64,000 bases of DNA, taken from positions 44,330,001 to 44,394,000 of the forward strand of contig JBITNC010000001.1 of assembly GCA_050084985.1 (NCBI GenBank), given 5' to 3'. Made by a program: the position numbers and the translations under genes. Below, piece by piece: positions 1 through 11,099 of the stretch (positions are counted from its first letter, which is position 1; the number at the start of each line of letters is the position of its first letter). This DNA is from Nageia nagi (taxonomy: Eukaryota; Plantae; Pinophyta). The notes under the pieces were generated by a model. It did not search any database and was not told where the DNA came from. It saw only the letters and a list, made by a program, of their open reading frames with translations.

Positions 1-2306
1 TTGCATCTCATAGTATGTGGTGTGAATGATATCTCTATCTATGTGCTCCATATTGTAGCTTGTCCATGCTCCTATATTAGCTTTGGATCATAAATGGATT
101 TTTTCTTAATGTGAGCTTGTTTTTTTGAATGCATTAATCAACAATGTGCAAGTCTCATGATCTCTCCAACTCTCGATTCTATGACTCATGTGTCTCTTCT
201 AACTACAACTTTGGATTTGGTTTGACATATTCTATTGTATTTTCTCAATTAATACCCTCAACCTTCCAAGTGCATCCTTTCTAAGTGAGATTTTACATTT
301 TTGTATCTAAAGCCCAAAAATAATTGTTGGTTCTTCAGTTTGCTAGGCAAGTTTACTATTGGGAGTCCATATTTATTATTTATTTTTTATTGTTATTGGT
401 AATCAAATTTCAATTCTATGTGTATATTTGGATACACTTTTTGTGTAGATCAATTTTTTATTTTTAGATCACGTAAATCTAAGCTAAAATACAAAAGTTA
501 CAAGGGTTTAAATATGGAAAGAATGATGATTTCGAGATAATCCACACCAAGAGGAAATACCATTCTTGTAAAGGCAAAGGAAATTTTTATGGAGATTAAG
601 AGAAATATTCAAAGTTCAAAATCATGTGCTACAATTGTGGCAAGGAGGGTTATAAATATATGGAGCGTAAAGCAAGAAATAAAATGAAAAATAAAGTTAA
701 TAGAGTTGAAGATGAAGAGAGTGATGGAGCAAATTCAAATCATGGGACTTCTCTTAGTCAAATTGAACAACTGATGATAAGGAGAGTACTTGTGATAAAT
801 GAAAAGAGTGTTGAACCATGGGAAAGGAAAAACATTTTTTATATGAAGGTCAAGTTTGATGGTAAATTTTGTGATGTTATTATTGATGATGGTAGCATAA
901 ATAATTTGGTCTCCATATACATGGTAGAAAAATTATCATTGCCCACTTTTCCACATGTGAAACCATACAGAGTTTCATGGTTAAATAAAGGTCACCAAGT
1001 GTTGATGAATCAATGTTGTGAAGTTCCTTTTGAGAGAATCTGTTACACCAATCAAGTGTTATGTGATGTCATTCCAATGTATACTTGTCAGTTAATCCTA
1101 GAAATTAGGCCATGTTAGTATGATAGAAAATATCAACATGATGGATGAAAGAATCATGTTACAATGGAAAAAGATGGTTGTTCAAACCTTGTAAAGTTAC
1201 TCTTATTGAAGCTATAAGTGTATTAGCATTGTTGGGAGCAAATGCATTCCTTACTTAGACAAAGGAAAATAGTTTTGCTATCTAATTTTTCCCAAGGACC
1301 CTCAAAAACAAGAGGTAGTGCCTAAAGAGATTACAACAATCTTGAAGGACTATTAGAGAATTATGGTAGATGGAGATATTATAGTTGGTCTACCACCAAT
1401 GAGATGAACTTCTCATCAAATGGATATGATTCCAAGAGCTAGTTTGCCAAACCAAGCACCCCATAGGATGGATCTAATACAAACAATGGAATTGAATAAG
1501 AAAGTACAAGTATTTTCTTGAGAGAGGGTTGATAAGAGAGATTTTGAGCCCTTATGTTGTACCTATTGTTCTTAATCCAAAGAAAGATGGAAAGTGGAGG
1601 ATGTGCATAGATTCAAGAGTTATCAATAAGATTACTATTAGGTATAGATTCCCTATTTCAAGAATGGATGATTTGTTGGATAATTTGTGGGGTTCTAGTT
1701 TCTTGTCTAAGATAGAATTCAAGAGTGGGTATCACTAAGGGATGAGTGGAAGACTACATTATGGACAAAGGATGGTCTTCATAAGTGGTTAGTTATGCTA
1801 TTTGGGCTATCAAATGCACTAACTCATTCATGAGATTGATGATAGAAGTGTTGAAACCATTCCTTAATAAGTTTGTAATTGTTTACCTTGATGATATATT
1901 AGTTTACAATAAGACAAAAGAACGTGTGAACCATTTAAAAGTTATCTTAGATAAATTACAATAACAAAAACTATTGATAAACTTAAACAAGTGTTCATTT
2001 CTCAAGTCAGAATTGATATATATTAGATTTGTGATATCCAAAGATGGCTTAAAGATGGACCCAACATAGGTAGTTGCAATCAAAAATTGACCTAGCCTAA
2101 GAAGTGCCACAAAGATAAGAAGTTTTCATGGTTTAGCAAGTTTTTATAAAAAGTTCATTAGATATTTCAATTCTATATGTGCACCGTTAACATCTTGTAT
2201 CAAAAAAGGGAATTTGTGTGTGGACTAAAGAGGTTGAAAATAGTTTCAAATTATTGAAGGATAAGATGATTGAGAGACCAGTGTTGAGAAGTCTAGATTT
2301 TACAAA

Positions 2307-3413
2307 CACTATAACATTTTAGCAATTTTGTATCATACCATAGTCATATAATTACATTTTGATACCATGATGCAAGATGCACCATTGTTTAGCATGTCCA
2401 CATTAATCTATATAAAACTTAGTTTTTTGACATATTAGTTGATGTATTGGTTGATGCATTGGTTGATGTATTGATTACATCAAACAATGCATCAAGTAAA
2501 CTAAAGAATAGGAAAAAAGGCATGGATCATGCACACAGATCATGGCATGATCCACAATCGACTATCGATGCATTCCCTTGATTGACTATCAATTTTGAAT
2601 GGTGGGTATGATGCCATTGATAAGTGAATGAAGGAGCTTGTCTTTTATAAGGGCATTTTTGGCAATGCAAGTTTGCAAGAGCTGAAAACATGTTGAAGAA
2701 CATAGAGAGTAGTGTGTGTATATATTTTGTAGTAAGAAAAGTATGCATTATATGCTTCAACCACCTGTGAAGTTTGGTAGACACCCATGAAGTTTGGTAA
2801 ACACTACCAGATGCCCGTGAAGTTTTTGACTGTATGATTGAATGACACATCTTCTCATGGAATATGATAATTTCAAGTTACCAAAGATATGTCTTTCTTG
2901 AATAGGCATTGAAACTATCTCACCAAATGCAATAAACACCAGCAATAGTCCAATCAGATGAATTCACCTTTTCTAACATCCTCAAAGCATGTACCAAACT
3001 AAGAGATTTGCAAAAGGGTTTATACATACATCAAATACTCTTTAAAATTGGATTTTTATCAAATGTTGTAGTTGTGAGTACTCAAGTAGACATATATGCA
3101 AAATATAGAAGCGTAGAGAAGACACGTGAATTGTTTGACAAGATGCATGATGCAAACAAGAAATCTTCATCATCCCCTGCATCTTGTTATTTTGATGTTA
3201 TAAAATATGCTTTATATATCTTGTATAACGTTAATTATTTGAAGCTTAAGACATCGATATATGATGCAATGAATGACATTATAATTGATGCAAAAAATGA
3301 TGTTTTGTTTGATAGTACCCTTAGCATCAATTGATACATCATGATTTATACATTTAAAAAAAATACTATGGATTGATGCATGGTATGCTGCAAATTGGTT
3401 ATGTGTAGTAGTG
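2307..3413 (+). mobile_element. Non-autonomous CACTA (En/Spm) element, copy 1, carrying a PPR gene fragment (Pack-CACTA)
   Basis: Termini CACTATAACA...TGTAGTAGTG with a 3-bp TSD AAA (2304-2306 / 3414-3416). Removing it restores the host pol frame VLRSLDFTK-VFQVDCD. 12-bp subterminal repeats (gttgatgYattg) at ~2438-2474. Confidence 0.92.
2945..3157 (+). pseudogene. Captured PLS-class pentatricopeptide repeat (PPR) gene fragment
   Basis: Translates as IVQSDEFTFSNILKACTKLRDLQKGLYIHQILFKIGFLSNVVVVSTQVDIYAKYRSVEKTRELFDKMHDAN, which matches the plant PLS PPR consensus (..PDEFTF..VLKAC..L..G..IH....G...DV.V.SAL.DMYAKCG....AR..FDKM). Confidence 0.88.
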
Positions 3414-5290
3414 AAAGGTATTCCAAGTGGATTGTGATGATAGTTTCAAGGCCATTGAAGTTGTTCTTAGTCAAGAAGAAAGACCAATTGCATACTTTAG
3501 CTAGAAGTTGAATGAGGCTTAACAAAAATATTTTGTGTATGAGCAAGAACTCTATGCCATATTTTAAGCATTGAAATACTGGAGGCATTATTTATTGCCT
3601 AAGGAATTTATTTTATACATTGATCATCAAGCATTACAGTGTATTAATAGCCAAAGCAAGTTGAGCACAAGGAAAACTAGATGGGTTGAATACTTTGCTA
3701 TTTATATTCACACTCAAAATAAAAATCAAGTAAGAGAAAATAAGTGACTAATGCTTTGAGTAGGAGAGTTTTGTTGTTAAAGACTATGCAAGTTGAATGT
3801 ATTAGCTGGATGGAATGAAAGATTAGTATGCATATGATAATGACTTCAAAGAATAATTTCAAGAGTGCAACGAATTTAAATATAAGGTATGGAGTGATTA
3901 TTTTTTTGAAAATGGTTTCTTATTTAAAGATATGCAATTGTGCATTCCTCAAGGATCCATGAGAGAAAATTTAATTAAAGAGACACATGGTGGTATTCTT
4001 GGAGGTCATTTTGGTTGAGATAAGATAATAGCCCAACTCAAGGAGAAATATTATTGGCCAAGCTTGGAAAAAGATTCTAAGAAGTATGTGGCCAACTGTA
4101 GGACATGCCAAGTGGCCAAATGTTATAAACAAAATACTAGTTTATACACTCCATTTTCGATTCCAGAGGGTCCATGTGAAGATATCAGTGTGTATTTTAG
4201 GTTAGGGTTTCCAAGAACACAAATAGGGTTTGATAGTATTCTTATTATTGTTGATAGATTTTCCAAGATGGTACATTTTATCCTTTGTAAGAAAATTGAA
4301 GATGTCAGTAGTGTGGCAAGATTGTTCTTTCAAGAAATAGTAAGGTTGCATGGACTACCATGAAGCATTACAACTAATAGAGATGTGAAATTCATGGATC
4401 ACTTTTGGAAGATATTATGGCAAAGGCTAGACATGAAGTTGGAATTTAGTTCTGCTTATCATCCTCAAATAGATGGAAAAACATAAGCTATCAATCGAAG
4501 CCTTAGCAATCTTCTTATGAGTCTAATTGGTGAAAAACCCAAGCAATGGGATGTGGTCATAGCACAAGCTGAATTTGCTTACAATGATTCAACAAATAGG
4601 TCGATTGGAAAGTCTCCATTCCAAATAGTGTATGGTAAGTCACCCAAAGGAGTCATAGATCTAGTGAAGACTGTGGAAGAATTAAAGAATGTTACAACTA
4701 GAGACATGATTGTGCATTTGAAGGAATTACATGAAGAAATCAAAAAGAAAATTACCCAAAGCAATCAAATGTACAAAGAGAAAGCAAATCAAAAGAAGAG
4801 ACTAAAATTATTTCAAGAGGGAGATCTAGTAATGGTATTTTTGAGAAATGATAGGTTTCCAAAAGGCACATGCAAAAAGCTAAAAATGAAAAAAATTGGG
4901 CCATGTAGAATTGTTAGGAGGTGTTATAACAATTCTTATGAAGTTGAACTACCTACAATTATTGACATCTCACCAACTTTTAATGTCTCACACTTGTATC
5001 CTTATGATGGAGAAAATGCAACAAAAATAATAAGTGAATAGGTTAAACAAATCAAAGATTGGGTAAAAGCATTCCTAAAGACACACCATGTAAAGATAGA
5101 GAAAATTTTGGACCAAAGAATAGCTAAGAAGACTAGGAACAAAGAATACAAAGAGTTCATTACCGTTGGAAGAACAAAAGTTCAGAAGAAGACTCATGGG
5201 TTCCTAAAGTTGAGCTTTCTCACTTCAAGCACTCTATTCAAACTAAACCTCTGCGAGCGAGAGGTCACAATGTTTTTAACTTGAGGAGGT

Positions 5291-5646
5291 TGATACAGGA
5301 GCATCCTTGCCCTTTATTTAGATTGATAATTCCCTGAGTCTATGTTAGCATAATTTCTAGTGTGCTTAAGGTATCATTTTTTTTTCATAAGTTACCACTT
5401 ACCTATTATGTTAAATTGTTTACAATGTATTTTTCCATTCTAAATTATTGTCTATAATTATAAAATAAAGTCTATATGTGTAAGTTCAAAAGAAACATAG
5501 AAGTTTTATTTATTATGTCTTTAAGGTTTTATCATGTGTGTTGTCTACATTATGCTATGGTGAAGAGTTATTATGCAATAACATGGTTGGCATTTTATCA
5601 AATATTTTGAATATGTAGTCTGTGTCTATGCTGTAAAAAAACAACA
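5291..5646 (+). repeat. 3' LTR of the CRM-like chromovirus
   Basis: Starts with TG directly after the purine tract and ends ...ACAACA. No partner LTR is in the window, so the 3' end is approximate. Confidence 0.6.
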
Positions 5647-5649
5647 TAT

Positions 5650-6400
5650 ATTACAAGTCAAGGACAATAGACAGGTTCATTAATGGAGCAAGCAACGATG
5701 GTTCAAGATTCAAAGCGGTTGATCAAGTTTCCAACGAACATCATGAACATTGAAAGCTCGTGAGATGTCACAGAAGACTGGCATAGGTCGTTGAGCTCAA
5801 ATAGGAATAGGGAGTGAAGTTGGTAACTGTTTTCATGAGTTAAATGGATTAGAACATGGATGCATCCGTGGAATTTGAGCAAAGGTCATTTGTGAGGGCG
5901 TTGAGAGACAATAAAATCAGATGTCTTGTGAAACGGGAGACAATAGAGTGATTAAATTGTGAGCAACCGGGTTTTCAAACGGTCAAATAGGCGGGAGAAG
6001 TAGTTACGCGGGAAAGAAAGAAAAAGAACAAGGGTGGTAGAGGGACACATTATATGGAGAAGCTTTGAATGGGGAAAAGCAGTGTGTTCAAGAAATTGCC
6101 GACGTTGGTCTGGGAAGGGAACACGTTCAAACAGGGAAGACTGGAATGAATGAAAAGAGGAGCAGAGGATACCTGAGAGAGGGACAAAAGCTGGCAAAGA
6201 GCGTGGAGAAGAGCTCCAGTTTCGAAGCTTGTGAGTGGGAGAAGTCTACGAGCGAAGCGTCAACATTTGTGAAACAATCTACAAAGACTATCATATCTCA
6301 TCATCGAAAATCTGCTATGGGAACAGTCCTCGAGCACACTATCGATGTCTGTTGTGCAAGTGGGTCGCATACGCTATTTATGACTGCATCAAGAAGGAAT
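5650..6400 (-). promoter_or_regulatory. CpG-retaining island resembling a promoter, CT-rich leader and first intron of a minus-strand transcript
   Basis: On the minus strand: TATA-like CATAAATAG (~6374-6382), a pyrimidine-rich leader, then a donor CTCAG|GTATCC at 6173/6172. CpGs are retained, unlike in the flanking TEs. Confidence 0.3.
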
Positions 6401-6459
6401 GGGAGAAAATAATTCTTTCGTAATGAAGCCTTCTCTCGTATCAACTCAAGCACCTCATC

Positions 6460-6960
6460 CTCAAGGAAAATATAATCCTCCACTTGCAATATCGTTAAAA
6501 CTCAATGTTTGATGGTACAACGAAGGGCAACCTAGGCTCAATAGGGGAGAGAGGTATTTTTAGAGATCATAATGATAAAAGATTTGTTAATTAGCCTTTG
6601 TAGAGCCTCTAGGTGTTCAAAATAACCATTTTGTAGAGGTAAAAGTAGTCCTCATAGGGGTATTCTTAGTGTCTCCAATTAAACTTTAGGAATTTAATCA
6701 TAGAGGGGGATTCAAAAAATACAATTAAACATGTTGAATGGTATCTTAAATTCAAGATGAAATATTGTGAGCCTTCTATCAGAGACCAAATCTCTTCTTG
6801 AAAATCTGGATAATATGGTCCATATTTGTATTTTTAAAGAAGTAAATTCTATTGTAGATTAGTTCGTTAATATGGGAGTATCCTTTGAGACTAGGCAAAG
6901 CTGGGAGGAAGAATTCATGAGTCACATTCAAATTATGATCAATGATCAATGGTGAAGTAC
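6460..6960 (+). mobile_element. Decayed plant L1-type LINE RNase H-like (RVT_3) domain
   Basis: Across frameshifts: YNPP...LKLN-FDGTTKGNLGSIGERGIFRDHND, NNHFVEVKVV, NLIIEGDSK and FKEVNSIVD*FVNMG. These match the KLNxDGA..GNPG / E..A / EGDS / REGNxxAD motifs. Confidence 0.75.
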
Positions 6961-7198
6961 CTAAACCTCATGATTGATATTAGGATCATGGGGATTTTTT
7001 CATTTAACTAATTACAATGTAGATCTTTGAAGATAATTTGTGATGTCTTGGGTACAAGGAATTTGCAATTTTTGGCATTGAGTTTTCCCTAAATGAGATT
7101 CTGTTTGCAAAAGTTTTAGGCTTTGAAGCTTTAGGAAACAAGGTAATAAGAGAAAACTACTCTTTATAAATGGAAATCAAGTAATTCTTTTTCAAAAA

Positions 7199-10100
7199 AT
7201 GGAGAGCTTTAAAGTGGAGAAAGAGGGAATAGTCAATCTTTTGCTTCCACATCCATGGAGGAGGCTAATTAACATCCTTGCAACTTATTTCAAACCTGAT
7301 GCTAACTTATTGGTTGTTCCTAACTTTCACTTAACATTCCTAAATCCCCTCCACCATGGGGAACCTATCAACATTATGGGATTTTTGCTCAACTCTTTGG
7401 GTAAGACATATTGGATGTTCAACAAGGGAAAGTATTTCACCCGATTCATCATCATCTCCTGTATCTATTCATCAAGCATGCAATCACCAAGTTAGGCCTA
7501 AGATCAAAGATCTCTTGGGAAGCAAGGCAAGCTTAATAAGCGATGATGGTTGACGAAGAAATAATAGAGGCCATTGAGGAGAACACCTAAGAGGAGATAA
7601 AAGAAGTAGATTATTTGAACCATAAGTCAACTTCAATTGTAAACTTGTCTCCATCCATGGAGAATCCAAATTTTGTGTCAAAGGATAAGTCAACAACTAA
7701 GAATAGTTACTACTCTGAAGGCCCAAGCCCCAAGCAAGTTTATCAACTACAAAAGATGGGCCTAACAAAGGAAAATGTGACATGGATGGAGGTTTCAAAT
7801 GAGAGCACTAAGACCATCAAGGAATATTCGAAGAAGAAAATGCTCAACTTGCATACGAATGTGAATAAAGCTAACAGACTCTTAAAAAAGCATAATTTGG
7901 CTACGTTGCATCATCACTTTTTGGTTTTGGAAAATTTATAATTTTAGAAAACGAGATGAAGGCATCTTGTAGATCCTTTGGAAATACATTAAGTTCATTA
8001 TGTTAGAAAATAATCTTTCTAGTTTTAATCTTTTTAAAATTAAGGTTATTTTAATGTGTTAATCTATTTTAAGTATAAAGAAGATAGGTCGATGGTCATA
8101 CTCAGGTTCATGACTTGTCCAAATTTCAAAATCCAATATTTTCTTCTTGATAAAAAAAATTGAAGAAATAATATAGTCTATAGTGCTATTACCATTTTTA
8201 TGAATATAAGATAATATTTTAGATTCAAACCACAAATGTAAATTGTTTCCAATAACAAGTTCTTGGCAACTAATGAGCTTTATTAGTTTTAATCCAAAGA
8301 TATTTTCAATTTGATATTCAAAGGTTCGAGAGAACTCATTTATGAAGATAGGATCTTCTTCAAGCCAAAGAGGGTTAGTGTTGCTAAGATAATTGGAACA
8401 ATGTCTTGCTTGCAACTAGTTTGACCATTAAAGTCTCTAAGTATAACTAGCACCCCTTTTATCCGTATATTCATCTAAATAAATATTTCATGGAATAACA
8501 CCATGTAAAGCAAGTTAGTATTCACAAATAAATATTTTCATTTTACTTCATTATCCTACTACAACATACATTAAGCTTTAAAACCCATACTTTATAATTC
8601 TAACTTTCAAACCTATTCTCATCCTTTTGTTCTAACCATTGCTTTATAATGTTTTTTTTTGTTTTTCAACAACACATTTTACTTCATTCATTTTATAATC
8701 TAATGAAAATATAATATAGACATGAAAATCAAATCACTCATTTTTAAACTATTCTTCATATTTATTGATACATTGACATATTTCTACAAATCTAATTTAA
8801 AATATAAAAATAAGTAATATTTAAAAAATACATGATAAACTCATCCATTCAACTAAAAATCTTTCTTAAAGCTAGAGATATGTTCTTCTAGAATTTCCCT
8901 TAGTATTCAAGATCCTCAACATGGATATCTTCAAAGTGGAGAAAGGGGGGATTACCAAGCTTTTGCTTCCATACCCATGGAGTAACGTAATTAACATTCT
9001 CGTGACTTATTTCACACTTGATGCTAACTTGTTGGTTGTTCATAACTTTCACTTAGCATTCCTAAATCCCCTCCACCATGGGAAATCCATCAACATTCTA
9101 GGGTTTTTATGCAACTCTTTAGGTAAGACATCTTGGATGCTCAATAAGAGAAAAATTCTCACCCAATTCATCATCGTATTTTATATCTAATCATCAAGCA
9201 CGAATCACCATGTTAGTCCTGAGATAGAAGATTTTTTGGGAAGAAAGGCAAGCTTAAGAAGTGATAATGGTTGATGAAGAAATAATAAAGCCATTGAGGA
9301 GAAAACCTAAGAGGAGATCAAAGAGGTAGATACTTAGACCATAAGTGGATCCTAACTATAAACCCATCTCCATCCATGAAGAATCCAAAGTTTGAGTCAA
9401 GGATGAGTCAACAACTAAGAAGGGTTACTCCTTTGAAGGCCTAAGCCCAAAGCGAGTTTATCAACTACGGAAGATAGGATTAACAAAGGAAAAAGTGACA
9501 TGGATGGAGGTTTTAGATGAGAGCATGAAGACCATCAAGGAATATTCGAAGAAGAAAATGCCTGATTTGCATATGGAGGTGAAGAAAGCTAGCAGACTCT
9601 TGAAAAAGCATAATTTGAAGGCCTTGCATCATCACTTTCTAGTTCTAGGAAACTTATAGTTTTAGAAGACGATGTGAAGGCATCTTGTAGATCCTTTTGA
9701 AATGCATTAAGTTCATTATGTTTGAAAATAATCTTTATGATTTCAATCTTGTTATAATTAAGGTTATTTTCATGTGTTAAATCTATTTTAAGTGTAAAGA
9801 AAATAGGTTGATGGTTAGAGGTAGGTTCATTATCTGTTCAAATTTTAGAATCCAATATTTTTTAAATAAGAGAAATTTAAGAAATAATATAGTCTATGGT
9901 GTTGTTACCATTTTAATGAATATAAGTGAACTTATTAGATTTAGATCATAAATATGAACCATTGCCAATAACAAGTTCTTGGCAACTAATGAGCTTTATT
10001 AGTTCTTATCCAAAGATATTTTCAATTTGATATTCAAAGGTTCAAGAGAACTAATTTATGAGGATATGATCTTCTTCAAACCAAAGAGGGTTAGTGTTGC

Positions 10101-10643
10101 TAAGACAATTGGTAATGGTACGTTACATGCAACTAGTTTGACCCTTAAAATCTCCAAGTATAACTATCTCCCTTTTTGATCCATATATTCATCTAATTCA
10201 TACAATAATACCATGTAAAACAAGTTAGTATTCACAAATAAATATTTTCATTTCACTTCCTTGTTCTAGTGTAAACTACGCTAACTTTAAAATCCATATG
10301 ATATAATTTTAAGTTTCAAACCTTAAAAAGGCAAATCTATTCTCATCCTTTTACTCTAACCAATGCATATACATTTTTTTAATTTTTCAACATCGTATTT
10401 TACTTCATTCAATTTATAATCCAATAAGAATATAACGTAAACATAAAAATCATATCACTCATTTTAAACTATTCTTCATATTTATTGTTACATTGACATA
10501 TTTCTATAAATCTAATTTAAAATATAAAAATGAATAATATTTAAAAAAAAATACATGATAAACACATCCGTTAAACTAAAAATCTTTCTTAATGTTAGAC
10601 ATACATTCTTCTAGAATTTCCCTTACTATTTGGAGATCCTCAA
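7199..10643 (+). repeat. Tandem duplication, 2 x ~1.72 kb (7199-8920; 8921-~10643)
   Basis: Units begin atggagagctttaaagtggagaaag / atggatatcttcaaagtggagaaag and end ...tagaatttccctta...gatcctcaa. They are colinear throughout with many substitutions. Confidence 0.93.
8059..8880 (-). mobile_element. LINE apurinic-endonuclease (EEP) domain relic; a second copy lies at ~9780-10600
   Basis: Minus strand reads VILRDFNGQT (GDFN motif) and ...YIHKNGNSTIDYII...YDHRPI (SxIDY and SDH motifs). Confidence 0.7.
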
Positions 10644-11099
10644 ACATAAACAAAACAAGTGACAAACCTAAAAACAAGACATCTTAAGCATGAGGAATAC
10701 ATTCAAAATGTCTACATATACAATGGCCTACTAGATACCACCTGCAATATGATTCACAAATAAAGAAAATAAGAGATTGTCAAATCATGATAGATAAATA
10801 ATTAGCATCATGATTATGATAAGCGTAACCACCACCACACTTTGGGTATTTGTTTTTCATCATACCTCCACTGGTCCCACCTTACTATCATTGGCAAAGC
10901 AGATAAATGTCGTTGATCAAATCCAACATGCCCCCCTCTTCCCTTAAAAATTATCTATCTAAAGGGTTGACATGCTTAACAACCAACTACTTAAACCATG
11001 AACCCCCCAATACTGTCAATGGCCATAGTTAGACTTAAAATTAAAAAATTTTAAAAATAAAAATTATGTATGAACATCCTCAACAACCTTAATGTATGG

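Larger units (their letters stand above)
480..5646 (+). mobile_element. Decayed Ty3/gypsy chromovirus (CRM-like): gag zinc knuckle, protease, RT, RNase H, integrase, chromodomain, PPT and 3' LTR; 5' end truncated
   Basis: Zinc-knuckle relic CYNCGKEGY at 624 and protease region CDVIIDDGSINNLVS...PHVKPYRVSWL. RT motifs PKKDGKWRMCIDSRVINKITIRYRFPI and VYLDDILVY (~1880). Integrase IVDRFSKMVHFILC...AEFAYNDSTNRS...GPC. Chromodomain-like IEKILDQRIAKKTRNKEYKEF..W..EEDSWV at ~5096-5210. PPT tgaggaggt (5282-5290) is followed by TGATACAGG...CAACA (5291-5646). Many stops and frameshifts. Confidence 0.93.

Noticed and set aside
3008-3334. Stand-alone PPR gene
   Set aside because: Only about two PPR motifs, no proper start, and it lies inside a CACTA element.
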